Assembly (NCBI GenBank): GCA_002269645.1
Contig: NIVC01002283.1
Span: 110,336-174,335, forward strand
Direction: 5' to 3'
Source of the DNA: Macrostomum lignano
Lineage: Eukaryota
DNA: 64,000 nucleotides
The notes below the pieces were generated by a model. That model searched no databases. It saw only the letters and a list, made by a program, of their open reading frames with translations, and was not told the DNA's origin. Shown here piece by piece: positions 22,775 to 35,527 of the stretch. The position numbers were made by a program, and so were the translations under genes. The first letter of the stretch is position 1; each line of letters begins with the position of its first letter.

Positions 22775-24065
22775 GATTTCCACCTGAGAGTCTGATCTAA
22801 GATTTCCACCTGAGAGTCTGATCTAAGATTTCCACCTGAGAGTCTGATCTAAGATTTCCACCTGAGAGTCTCATCTTAGATTCCCACCTGAGAGTCTGAT
22901 CTAAGATTTCCACCTGAGAGTCTCATCTAAGATTTCCACCTGAGAGTCTCATCTTAGATTCCCACCTGAGAGTCTCATCTAAGATTTCCACCTGAGAGTC
23001 TGATCTAAGATTTCCACCTGAGAGTCTCATCTTAGATTCCCAATTGAGAGTCTCATCTTAGATTCCCACCTGAGAGTCTCATCTTAGATTCCCACCTGAG
23101 AGTCTCATCTTAGATTCCCAACTGAGAGTCTCATCTTAGATTCCCACCTGAGAGTCTCATCTTAGATTCCCACCTGAGAGTCTCATCTTAGATTCCCACC
23201 TGAGAGTCTCATCTTAGATTCCCAACTGAGAGTCTCATCTTAGATTCCCACCTGAGAGTCTCATCTAAGATTTCCACCTGAGAGTCTGATCTAAGATTTC
23301 CACCTGAGAGTCTCATCTTAGATTCCCAATTGAGAGTCTCATCTTAGATTCCCACCTGAGAGTCTCATCTTAGATTCCCACCTGAGAGTCTCATCTTAGA
23401 TTCCCAACTGAGAGTCTCATCTTAGATTCCCACCTGAGAGTCTCATCTTAGATTTCCACCTGAGAGTCTCATCTTAGATTCCCACCTGAGAGTCTGATCT
23501 AAGATTTCCACCTGAGAGTCTCATCTAAGATTTCCACCTGAGAGTCTCATCTTAGATTCCCACCTGAGAGTCTCATCTAAGATTTCCACCTGAGAGTCTG
23601 ATCTAAGATTTCCACCTGAGAGTCTCATCTTAGATTCCCAATTGAGAGTCTCATCTTAGATTCCCACCTGAGAGTCTCATCTTAGATTCCCACCTGAGAG
23701 TCTCATCTTAGATTCCCAACTGAGAGTCTCATCTTAGATTCCCACCTGAGAGTCTCATCTTAGATTCCCACCTGAGAGTCTCATCTTAGATTCCCACCTG
23801 AGAGTCTCATCTTAGATTCCCAACTGAGAGTCTCATCTTAGATTCCAACCTGAGAGTCTCATCTTAGATTCCCAACTGAGAGTCTCATCTTAGATTCCCA
23901 ACTGAGAGTCTCATCTTAGATTCCCACCTGAGAGTCTCATCTTAGATTCTTAACTGAGAGTCTCATCTTAGATTCCCACCTGAGAGTCTCATCTTAGATT
24001 CCCAATTGAGAGTCTCATCTTAGATTCCCACCTGAGAGTCTCATCTTAGATTCCCAACTGAGAGT
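22775..24065. repeat. 26-bp minisatellite (gagagtctcatcttagattcccacct)
   Basis: About 49 units; variant units recur at multiples of 26. Confidence 0.97.
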
Positions 24066-24281
24066 TTTATTTCAAAGCCCTACAATTAGCAGCTGAGAAT
24101 CTCATCTATTAAATCTATTATTTCTCCTATCCAAGTCTCACGAAAGAGTACCAGTTAGTATTATAAAGTCATTCCTGAGTAATAAGGATAGTTTACATCA
24201 TAAGATCTGGCTCGTGTTATACTAGAAATGATACTTATAGGCAATATGGAAAGCGCAGCAATATTTCTTTTCAAATCGAAT

Positions 24282-27203
24282 TCACAACTCCTGTTTGTCC
24301 TTTGATGCCTCAGGCTTTTGATCATGGGAAAAGTTTTGCTTAAACAGCGCCTTCGATTTTCGAGCCAACTCTTGCAATCGGAAGGGTCGCAAATGGTTTG
24401 TGAGTTCAACAAACTTCTCTGTGTCCGTTTGAATCTCCAAAACGCTGACCTGTAAAAAATGATATAGGTTGTTTAGAGGTTTTTTTCATTATTTAAGCTT
24501 AGGAAACTCAGCTGTGACCATTTTTGGGTTGTTGATGCTCTCCTCTGATCATTCTGTGGGCTGCTGTTACTCTAATCTGATCATTCTTTGGGCTACTGCT
24601 ACTCTAATCTGATCATTCTGTGGGCTGCTGCTACTCTAATCTGATCATTCTGTGGGCTGCTGCTACTCTAATCTGAGCATTCTGTGGGCTGCTGCTACTC
24701 TAATCTGAGCATTCTGTGGGCTGCTGCTACTCTAATCTGATCATTCTGTGGGCTGCTGTTACTCTAATCTGATCATTCTGTGGGCTGCTGCTACTCTAAT
24801 CTGATCATTCTGTGGGCTGCTGTTACTCTAATCTGATCATTCTGTGGGCTGCTGCTACTCTAATCTGATCATTCTGTGGGCTGCTGCTACTCTAATCTGA
24901 GCATTCTGTGGGCTGCTGCTACTCTAATCTGAGCATTCTGTGGGCTGCTGCTACTCTAATCTGAGCATTCTGTGGGCTGCTGCTACTCTAATCTGATCAT
25001 TCTGTGGGCTGCTGCTACTCTAATCTGAGCATTCTGTGGGCTGCTGCTACTCTAATCTGAGCATTCTGTGGGCTGCTGCTACTCTAATCTGAGCATTCTG
25101 TGGGCTGCTGCTACTCTAATCTGAGCATTCTGTGGGCTGCTGCTACTCTAATCTGAGCATTCTGTGGGCTGCTGCTACTCTAATCTGAGCATTCTGTGGG
25201 CTGCTGCTACTCTAATCTGAGCATTCTGTGGGCTGCTGCTACTCTAATTTGAGCATTCTGTGCTACCCGCCTTAAATTGAACAATTCACCAAAACATTTT
25301 CACCTGTAATTTGTTGTGCTTTTCCATGGAGAACGTGATCCAAAGATCGGGCTTCTTCGTTGGTGTTATCTCTGTCACAACTCTTTCAATAAAGAAGTGC
25401 TTCTCTTTTCCGTCCAGAACGTACTCTTCATAGACGTCGACAGCGAACTTAGTAACCTCCCTGTCAGTGCTTTGCACGAAAGCGGCTCTCGAATTCGTGC
25501 TCACAACCGGCTCCCCCTGTTCAAGCATCGCCACAAATCCGCTGTTAGAAGTCCAGTAGCCGAAGGTGCCAGGGCAGAGTGTCACCACAGCAGGTGCGCT
25601 GTCTCCAGACATGAGGTAACTGGCCTGTACAGCAGCCCCCATCACTGCCCACAAGCCAGCATCCGTGTCTAAGCTGCTGACTTCCGAATCGCTGATCAAA
25701 CTTTGGCTCAGCTCTCGAACTTCCGGGATGTTAGCAACTGATCCAAGAATCACCGCCTGACTGATTTTACCGCCCTTTATGACGGGATCATTCTGAACGG
25801 TTTTAATTAGCTTTTGCAATCTTAGAAGTTGTGCGGCAATCGCGGTCTTAAACTGAGACCGAGTTATAAGCTCGTTGAAGTCCTGGTCGTTGTAAATTGA
25901 CTCGATCTCAACCTGTGCTTCATCGCGTGAGGACAGAGTCCCAATTGCCCTCTCAACTTCTCTGCGCAGCTTCTCCATGGCGGATGCATCTTGATGAAGC
26001 ATTTTCACAAACCGTTTGCCCAATTTTTTCTCTATAGAATTCAGCAGGTGCTCGACTAGCGACTGGTGAATCTCGTCACCACCAGCCTCGGTTGAGCAGC
26101 TTTGCGCCATCATGCTCACATCACCTTTGCTTGAGAATTCAACTGCTCCAACTCCAACTGAGGCATCGCCAGCGTTAATCACCAGAATTTGCTTATTCCT
26201 TGCCCCGGTAAGAAATTGGTAGGCAACTCCTGCAGCTACAGTGGCTTCAATGACGACCACTTCGTCTGTGAAACCGGCTATTCTACCTGCGTCTCGAATA
26301 GCTCGGAGTCGCGCGTAACCAAGGCAACTCGGTACGCTGATCACGGCGCTGGTCACTTTCTCGCCCAGAGTTTCTTCAACCAGCTGGCGTTGTCTTCTCA
26401 GCAGCAGTGCCAGAATTTCAACTGGCAACAAAGACTTTTTAAAACTGTCAGATTGAAACGTCACGACTGTATCGTTGCTGTCGTTGCGCATCTCGCGGAG
26501 CACCGCGTATGGGACGCGTTGAATCTGCCGCTGCACCGGTTCGCTGTCAAAATTGACGCTGTCCAGCAGCGATAGTATCGAGTACGCGGTGCCTGTAGGG
26601 TTGGCGACTGTCTGGCATTTGGCATCGTCCCCGATCAGCATGCGACCATCGGCAGTGAAGGCGACGTAGGCGGGCGTGCGGTGGCTACCCTGGTCGTTCT
26701 TCAACAGTTCTACTGTGCCGTTGCGAATGAAGGCGGCTCTGGAATCGGTGACGAAGAGAAGAGTAGGGAACTGTAAGGAACTGCCGTTCGCTGAAGTCCG
26801 AGTACAGCACTATTGTTGTAAAGAGTTTTTTTAGGTACAGTTGCAATTTTTACATCCGGGATAGCCAAGCTCCTCAAGCACCCACACCATCATCAAAGCA
26901 TCAAACTAAGATATGAAAGTTTCGAGAGCTCGAAATCAGACAATGAGTACTTTTTTGAGCTTTAGATTCATGTGAGTAACAGATATATCGCTTGCTAAAA
27001 TTTCAATCCGTTAAAGTGATTAAAGTGTTAAACGCATTAAAATATTGAAGGTTCAAAACCTACACTTTGACTTACCTTAAATTGGACGCGTCAATGTCAA
27101 TGCCAACGAAAACTTTTTTGACAGGTTCTGCTGTCACAAAATTGCTTGGGTAGTTGAATGTCAGCAGTGTGATTATGAGAATAACTTCTCCGAGCGGTCT
27201 CAT
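24282..27203 (-). CDS. Atypical ER-targeted HSP70-family protein (BiP-like, degenerate ATPase motifs), 576 aa
   Basis: Exons 27203-27076, 26738-25304 and 24449-24282, all GT-AG with consistent phases. The spliced N-terminus GIDIDASNLRAAFIRNGTVELLKNDQG aligns without gaps to the HSP70 motif [27 protein letters not shown], followed by RTPAYVAFT and AVISVP. Hydrophobic N-terminus; the protein ends KDKQEL*. Confidence 0.85.
24545..25260. repeat. 32-bp minisatellite (ctctaatctgagcattctgtgggctgctgcta) in the HSP70-like intron
   Basis: About 22 units. Confidence 0.96.
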
Positions 27204-27497
27204 CTTTGGTATCTTTCTATGAAATGTCTAAAAGGTCCTAACAAAAGACGAAGTGTAAGTCCTGCTTTTTTATAATAGTCTCAGAAGCATAGTGCAAAAA
27301 TCTTGGTACCTAGTTAGTTTGTTCGTTCTGTCTTATTATGAACACATACCGTAGCCTGTACATCACTATACAGCTGTGTCAGTGACGCACACATTCTATG
27401 AATTGACTACAGGCTTTAGCCTCGCTACGTTGCCCTTTTGTTACCTTCTATGCAATAATCTTAAGTTAGTTGATGCAGGTATTTGTGCAGAAAGGCT

Positions 27498-27912
27498 TCT
27501 GACACAAATCGGAGGTCGGGTTCTGACACAAATCCGAGGTTGGGAATTCTGACACAAATCCGAGGTTGGGAATTCTGACACAAATCCGAGGTTGGGAATT
27601 CTGACACAAATCCGAGGTTGGGAATTCTGACACAAATCCGAGGTTGGGAATTCTGACACAAATCCGAGGTTGGGAATTCTGACACAAATCCGAGGTCGGG
27701 TTCTGACACAAATCCGAGGTCGGGTTCTGACACAAATCCAAGGTTGGGTTCTGACACAAATCCGAGGTCGGGTTCTGACACAAATCCGAGGTTGGGAATT
27801 CTGACACAAATCCGAGGTCGGGTTCTGACACAAATCCGAGGTCGGGTTCTGACACAAATCCAAGGTTGGGTTCTGACACAAATCCGAGGTCGGGTTCTGA
27901 CACAAATCCGGG
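27498..27912. repeat. 24/26-bp minisatellite (ttctgacacaaatccgaggttgggaa / ...ggtcggg)
   Basis: Two length variants interleaved, about 16 units, ~300 bp upstream of the HSP70-like ATG. Confidence 0.95.
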
Positions 27913-28320
27913 TCTCAGAGAATTCGCTAGCAGTGTTAAAATTGAATGTGGGCTGATTTTAAAGTTTATAACACGACATTATTTAGTGTTTTGTATTTAA
28001 TAAATTACTAAATAAATATTTAAGCTGTTTCAGTTACAAAAACGGCTATTTCAGCTTTTTGCGCTAAATTTTTGTAACAACATTATCGTAATTTTCATTA
28101 AAACTGACTGAAACAAAAAAAATGAAAATATAATGTCTGTAGAAAAACTGGTGCTTAAGGTGGCGGGGGAAATTTCTAAAATGAGAAAAATTAAACACAA
28201 TAAAATAGGGATTTTTTAATGATAATTAAGCATTTCTAACAACAAATACCTCCGCCATGGACAATAGCGTAGGTATATAATATCATAGTAGTTATATCAA
28301 TTTCGGGGCAGATGCTTCTC

Positions 28321-28592
28321 AGAAGCTACTGACACCTGCCAGAAGCTACTGACACCTGCCAGAAGCTACTGACACCTGCCAGAAGCTACTGACACCTGCC
28401 AGAAGCTACTGACACCTGCCAGAAGCTACTGACACCTGCCAGAAGCTACTGACACCTGCCAGAAGCTACTGACATCTGACAGAAGCTACTGACACCTGCC
28501 AGAAGCTACTGACACCTGCCAGAAGCTACTGACACCTGCCAGAAGCTACTGACACCTGCCAGAAGCTACTGACACCTGACAGAAGCTACTGA
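28321..28592. repeat. 20-bp minisatellite (agaagctactgacacctgcc)
   Basis: About 13 near-perfect units. Confidence 0.96.
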
Positions 28593-28874
28593 CAGGAGAG
28601 ACAGACGCTATTAGCAACTGACAACAGGAACTACTGGCTACTACAGCTGGCTAAATTTACAATTGACAAAAAGTATTAAATTATTTACAACTGACAGAAG
28701 CTGAACTAGATTATAGAACGTACCCCAAGTGACAACTGACAGAATTTTTAGCTCAAAAAAACGCCTTCATCACTGCCCTAAAGAGTAACAAGAATTAGTA
28801 AAGATGACATAGAAATCTTCTAATCCGTAGTCTCAATGGTCCATGACAAATTGTCCATGACAAATTCAAGCAGT

Positions 28875-31800
28875 TCACAGCTGGCACACTGCCAGCATTG
28901 GCTGAGTCTCCTGCCGAACGTCCTGCCCAGCCAGGTGAGTCATGTGGACGCTGCTGCTGCCTTGGCAGTGTTCGAAGCTTCCAGCCACGAAGTTGCCTTC
29001 ATCAATACCATCTCTGCCGATCGCCGGGACGCCGCGAACTCTTCCAGCAGCTGCAGCGCCAGACGGAAAAACCTGCAAGTCAACGTTCACCTCCTCACCG
29101 CGACGTCTTCTGCCGCGAAGTTCACGACCTTGCGTATCGTCAACGCCGCCTGGTCCGCGCCTGGCGCCACCGCCCAGGCCGCTAGCGCTGGCGCCGCTAT
29201 CGCCAGCGGCTCGCCAACAGCGGCAGCATCGGGACACCACCTGCAGGAAATGAGCTCGGAATCGCTTGCTGATGATACACAGGGTGATCGGGTTGCTGGC
29301 TGAGTAGGCCGACGGCAGCAGCTTGGCGATCATCTTGATCCAGACAAATGCCTCGGTTACCTGCCGATGGTGATAATTAGGTTATAGATACAAGAGTCCT
29401 AAGAAGGTACGTTCTAATAACTCGTACGTCCTATTGTATTTATCTTTGGTGACAAAATTCACCAACCTTCCCCACTCACCTGCTTGGACAGGAAGAAGTG
29501 CAGCATGGTTATGTAGTCGAGTGCCCAGGCGACAAAGAACACGGCAGCCAGGCACAGCACCAGCTTGGCCAGTTTTTTCCTACTCTCAATCTGATTGGCG
29601 GCGGAAACGTTGGCTCGCTCGGAAGCGGCCGCGGCTCGCTCGTGAGCTCGGGCAGTTTTCATCAGCTTGCCAGCCATCAGGCCGTAGAACACGGCAATCA
29701 GAGCGCCTGGGAGCAGGTAGTAGAGAGCTAGCTTGAGCAGTACCATGGTTGTGCGATAGGTTGACCCCCAGCTGGCTGGGAACGGGTAGCAGTGCTTGAT
29801 CAACAAGCAACGGTGTCGCTTCTCTTCAATGTCCGCGCTCACGGCGTAGGGTATGGCTAGGACCACTGCGATTGGTGGAAGGGTTTTGCGTCGTTGTGTA
29901 ACATTTTGTACTGATTGTGCATTCTGTAACATTTGTATCATTTTTATCATTCTGTAACCATTTGTACCATTCTGTAACCAATTGTACCATTCTGTAACCA
30001 ATTGTACCATTCTGTAACCAATTGTACCATTCTGTAACCAATTGTACCATTCTGTAACCAATTGTACCATTCTGTAACCAATTGTATCATTCTGTAACCA
30101 ATTGTACCATTCTGTAACCAATTGTATCATTCTGTAACCAATTGTACCATTCTGTAACCAATTGTATCATTCTGTAACCAATTGTACCATTCTGTAACCA
30201 ATTGTACCATTCTGTAACCAATTGTATCATTCTGTAACCAATTGTACCATTCTGTAACCAATTGTACCATTCTGTAACCAATTGTACCATTCTGTAACCA
30301 ATTGTACCATTCTGTAACCAATTGTACCATTCTGTAACCAATTGTACCATTCTGTAACTATTTGCACCGTTCTGTAACCATTTTACCATTTTATAAGCAT
30401 TTGAACTATTCTGTAACAGGTTGTACCTTTATGTAACGTTTGTACCACAGAATACAGTGCATTCTGTGGTTTGTACCTTTGTATATTACGCTTTTATCTA
30501 AAACTCTTTCTCACTATGCTGTCGCCACTCACCAGCAGCAATCCAGATGATCCCAAGGCCCAGTTTGGTAACAAAACCTGGCCTCGAAGATTTCAAATTC
30601 GACATCGGCCTGGTGATGGCAAGGCACCTGTACAGCAGTTTGGGTGAGTTTGTATTCGTTAGTTATTACTGAAGTGAGTAGTGCAACCCAAAATCATATG
30701 TACTGAAAGTGCATCACTGAGCGCTATCATAAGTTGTTGCTTACGTTCTGAAAACTAACAAAGAAAAGAAAGTTTCCAGACAGTGTCCTGCATTTCATGA
30801 TTGATTGCTTCAATATTTGCTTCTAGAAAGTGACTTCACCTCAGATCCCGCAAAGCAAACAGCAGAAGCCAAGAGGAGGAGTGTCTTGAGCAGCTGTCGT
30901 GAGAATTCGTCACTCCTCGGAGATTCGGGAAAAGTGAACTCCAAAGCTCATAATAATTTGATAGCCAAATCGGAAACAATTTTCTTCGGCAGCAGCTCTG
31001 AAGCAACAGTCGTGAGGGCGGAAATTGAAGACCCTGTGTTTTCAAGAGCAGATGCTCCTTCCACCTTGGACTGCAGAAGAAGTTAGTCAGGCGCACGAGC
31101 GCGGGATCTAGATCAGCTTTTTCCACCTGGCTGACCCTTATTTTCCGGCAGAACTAGTTTAAATAACATGCGTTGGTTTGTTTGGCTTCATCCGGTTCAC
31201 CCCGCCAGTTCGCATCACTCTATTTCACTGTTCAGCGAGGTTTCAGGGTGGGTAATTTAAACGGATATTCAATTTGACAAATTGGCTCAACGGTAATGAG
31301 CATACTGTGCGCCACAAAAGGCTTCACCAATTCAAACCTAATTATACGCCAGCTTAAGGCTGAATTCTACTTTGCAGATAAGTCTTTTTGGCATTGTTCT
31401 GTTTTATCTAATAGCTACATCTCTCTGCGTCAGGGAGACGTTGTCAGGTTATTTATTGAGTGGCTAAGATTTGACTTGGTATCTTACAATAAAATCATTT
31501 CCTTTTTTCATTACCAGTTCCCTGTCAGACTCTACAGTTGAATTGGCATGATCTGTTTCATATTTCAAAAACGTGTCAGCATTTGAATCGAAGCTCAAAC
31601 CTGTCGATCGACAGAGCAACCAGGGTGTATACGGAGACTCCCACGGTTAGAAACCGGCAGAAATAGATCGTCTTGCACAGGAAGACCGGCAGTTGGACGC
31701 CAAATTTGCTAATTATATCGCACGGAATGAACAGCATCAGGTAGACGCAGTCAGCCGCAGCTAAATTTGTTATAAACAGATTCGGCGTGGTTCTCAAACG

Positions 31801-32016
31801 TTTGTTACTGGCAATGATGAAGATGAGAATGAGATTGCCGCTCAGGCCTAGCAGAAACACTGTGCACTGCAGGCTGATGTGCGTCTTGTCCATGGCTCCT
31901 ATTTCCGGTTGGTACATGGAGTAGTTGAAGCATTCAGGCTTGGTGGCATTGATGTCATTGACTGCCTCCGTAGCTGACCCATCCTCTACTGACGAGTTCA
32001 GGTTTGTTGTCGACAT
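28875..32016 (-). CDS. Rhodopsin-class neuropeptide GPCR, bombesin/CCHamide/EP receptor-like
   Basis: Exons 32016-31601, 30627-30533, 29865-29480 and 29360-28875 with consistent phases. TM1 GN, TM2 PNLFITNLAAAD, TM3 LTVGVSVYTLVALSIDR|C, TM5 YYLLP, TM6 RKKLAKLVL..FFVAW and TM7 SNPI. The exact ligand family is not determinable. Confidence 0.85.
29935..30380. repeat. 20-bp minisatellite (attgtaccattctgtaacca) in a GPCR intron
   Basis: About 21 units. Confidence 0.96.
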
Positions 32017-33198
32017 CCCGTTGGTCTTGGCCTGGCGTTAAAACTCTGCGAAAAAAACAGGATAATCTACTTGACAAAAATTATACTAAATGATTATAAA
32101 TTAATTACAATGCTGCCGTTTTGCGTCAGTTTCGTTTCTGACCACTCCACCACTCCATGTACTTCAGGCGCAACAGACAAAGTTTTCTATCCAGCGTTGA
32201 TATGCAAATGCTGTGTTTACATAGGATTCCCCTATTGCAATGTGTCCCAAACCGGTACCCAGTCACATAGCGGCAGACTGAGAGGCAGCGCGTTGAATCG
32301 AATTGCCATGCAACAGTGGCTATGCGGCCGCCTTAATCCCCAGATACACAGTTGGTGACAGTGGATTTTGTTTAGTTGCTATGCCGAGAGAGCGATCCTA
32401 GCAACTGATGGGAATGCTAAGTGGCAGCAGTTCAGTAAATCATGACGGGAATGCAGCTTTTCGCAGCCCGTGAATGCAGGCAAAAATGCTTGCGTATGCA
32501 GCAGAGGCAGAAGTCAAAATCAATACGAGATCTTTTATCAAAGAACTGGATAAATATTTTCATTTCACTGACCGACATTTGACAGTCGGAAGTTCAGCTA
32601 GTGCAGATGCATTCCCGAGTCGACAATGGCTCAGTGACTGAGAAGTGCTCACTAACTCACTCCAACAATTTTAATAATTTTGCTGAACGAATACTTACCA
32701 GACGGCAAGAGCCGGTCGCTGCCTACCTGTTTCCTTTTGTGGAGCTTCTGGATACCTGAGTGAAATCTAGAGCTATTTAAATGAGAAATTTTTCAAAGCC
32801 GAAACTGATAGACTGATAATGGGAAGGAAAAGCGAGGGCTCCTATAGCCCCAGAATCCGTTGGGATTTTATAGCCAGCTACAACCCACGCAGGTTTCCCA
32901 CTCTGTCTCCCTCCTCCCCAGCCGAGTGCCACTCCAGCCAATGACTATTGCCATCTATAGGTTTTGGCGTTCGCTTTAGAGGTCCTAGTTTTCTCTGAGT
33001 CAGTCTCGATCCGCTTCATTCATCCTATGCTCAGAAGGCCCCTGCATTCCACCCAGTTTCGCTAAAAAATATTTACCCTTTTTTGTTGTGCTACTGAATG
33101 CTTAACTGCATCGATTGACAATTTGTCTGACTGGGATCTTGAAACAGGTGCATTAATTGGATTCCGTGCGTGACAACAACATGCACCATGCTGGGACC

Positions 33199-33763
33199 TG
33201 ACGTCGGCGACGACCTAGCGAGACGGCGCTGCAAGGCCTGGGCTGCCTTCCGATCTGTGCGGGCGGTGCTGCTATCCGAGGCCCTGTCCGACGGCGCCAG
33301 GTCCCAGCTGTTCCAGGCGGTTGTTGAGACCGCCCTGCTGTACAATGCTGAGACGTGGACGCTGACCGGGGCGCTTGAGGCGCAGCTCGACGCGGTGCAT
33401 GCGGCCCTAGTCCGCGCCGCTTTCGGCGCCCGCCGCGGCCCTGGTAGCGAGACAATCGAGTCCCTGTACAAGCGCACAGGCCTGACGCGGCCTTCTGCCC
33501 TGCTGAGTCAGCGGCTTGCCGGACATGTCATCCGGGCCGAAGCCTACTGCCCAGAGCCGCTGCAGGACGTCCTGCTGTGGACCCCGCAGGAACCGCGCAG
33601 GCGTGGCCAGGGACGATCAGCCCGCTACGTCGACCGCCTTTTTGAAGACGCGCGAGCACCCAGCCAGGCGGCCGGTGTGAAGCACGTTAGAGACCTAGCT
33701 CTGAAACGCGCGATTTGACGCTCCCCCCTCTTGGCCACTCCCGTGGCTGGCGTGGGGCGTAAA

Positions 33764-33796
<33 letters not shown>
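33199..33796 (+). mobile_element. 5'-truncated RTE-clade non-LTR retrotransposon
   Basis: The ORF carries post-RT LINE motifs (KAWAAF, LFQAVVETALLYNAETWTL, RLAGHVIR) and stops at 33718. A (TAT)n tail lies at ~33763-33795, and a 9-bp TSD gctgggacc at 33190-33198 and 33797-33805. Confidence 0.88.
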
Positions 33797-33984
33797 GCTG
33801 GGACCGCGATGTTTGTCGCGCTATTCACGAAGCCTGTCACGAAGGCGGAGTGCTTTCACAGACCGTGAATTTCACATTCCATCATCCACACCCCTGTGCC
33901 TGTACGTACGTACCCTGTACGTTTGCATGCTCCGCAGCGGTCAGCAAACCTACATGCAAATTTAGTAGAGGCAAAGGCCTGTGT

Positions 33985-34240
33985 GCACCCTGGCGCGCTT
34001 TAAGCGACATTGCGCAGTCATACGCACAACTGATCCTAAAGTGGCCCTAACTTTATTTATCGTTAGGCATGTACACTTCACTGTGCCTTGGGGGTTGACC
34101 TTCAAGCGCGTTAATTGCACGAGCAGAGCCAAGCCGAGATTCCAGTTTAGCCCCAAAATTAATGTGACTGCAATTGGAATCGAGCCTGGGCCGCTGGCAC
34201 ACCAGAGCGCCGCGCTGGACCTCTGGGACTCACTAACTAA
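33985..34240 (-). mobile_element. tRNA-derived SINE family copy 3 (with tRNA-like head)
   Basis: The minus strand begins GTGAGTC...AGCGCGGCGCTCTGGTGTGCCAGCGGCCCAGGCTCGATTCC...GTCAC, with a B-box-like GGCTCGATTCC and acceptor-stem-like GTGA/TCAC. The body is shared with the 7.4, 17.2 and 46.6 kb copies. Confidence 0.7.
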
Positions 34241-35527
34241 CCCACTGAATAATATCGAATTCAATTTTGCCACTACAGTATAACTGCTTTGATTAATGAT
34301 TCGTTTTTGACGACACTGAGCAGTGCAGCCTGTTCAAATCTGTTCAAAATAGTGGCTAATTGGCTTACGAGTCTCTAGCAAGTGTAGATGCTTAACTTAT
34401 GCTGGATTTATAATAATGTGACTCTCATCTGGTTCAGGTCCGGTTTCGCTTTTGTCAGGCTCTTCCGTCTTGCCTCCTGTTTCACTGAGAACGCGCTCAA
34501 ATCAATACGAGATGCGGTTAAGGATGCGATTCGAGAAGGAAGAAACCTTAACGGAACCGGAAACTTGATGGATGTAAACTGGGCCTTAGTGAAAATAAAA
34601 ATATGATAAACTAAGCAGGAATATTAGCCCAGGTGTCATGTACTCTTGTACTTTACATGCACCTGGCTAATTATACTCAGGTGTCATCAGGAGTTCAGGT
34701 TGTCTTCCTGTGACAAGTACAACACGTCGTCCATTAAATCAAGCTTTGATGATTTCCTTTTCGAATTTTTAAGGTCTCCCAAAGGTGACTGTTATATGGC
34801 TGCAGTGACTGCTAAGCATTCAAACATGAGTTCATGTATTATTTGTATACACGTTTAAAACAAAATTAAAAGATTTTTTTATCCGAAATCAAAACGTATA
34901 GTTTTTTGTGTCCTAAAAATGGAGCGATATTGAGCTGAAACAAGCTGTTTAGTGCAGCAGACAAACAGCTGGCTGAAGTCAAACTCATCTGGCATTCCAG
35001 TTATGACGCTGCTATGGAAGCCACCTAGTTTATGAGATAAAAAATCCCAGCCTTCACTCAATTTGTCATTGGCAGCTGGCTGATTCAGACTGCATAGAAA
35101 AGCGCCGGGGAATGTTATTATTTTCCATTCAGATGTCCTGAATAGTGCTGGGACACTCGGCTGCACATCTCTCACTAGTTGACATCCGAGACAACCTAGG
35201 CAACAGATGTATTCATGACTTGAATACATTAAATGAGTAGCGGTCATAACGCCTTAATACCTTCCAAATGAAGCGAGCTTGTTTTCTTCCAACAAATTCC
35301 TGCGAATCTCTTTATCAGTGTTCAGGCTCAGTACTAATTCTATACTGCAACGAACTCAGCTTTTGTTGAAGTAAACTGATCGAGTCGAACGCCTATTTAA
35401 CCTTATTTTGCCTTGCACGTTGTAAGGACTGCGGGGCATAAAAGCAGGGATAGCTACAGTATTAATCATGTTTGATGGAACAAGTCAGTTCAGCAAAGAC
35501 TTAATATTAATAAAAGTGGCTTACAGA

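Noticed and set aside
25286-25303. ORF-track stop of the HSP70-like gene (VKMFW*)
   Set aside because: A CAG|gtgaaa donor at 25303 and a phase-matched downstream exon ending KQEL give a better model.
22775-30380. CRISPR-like arrays (20-32 bp repeats)
   Set aside because: Units are head-to-tail with no unique spacers, there are no cas genes, and the context is eukaryotic.
34165-34240. Functional tRNA gene
   Set aside because: The boxes and stems are degenerate and it is fused to a dispersed repeat body, so it is better read as a SINE head.
34879-35247. 122-aa minus-strand ORF
   Set aside because: AT-rich codons unlike the real genes here, with no motif or splice signals.
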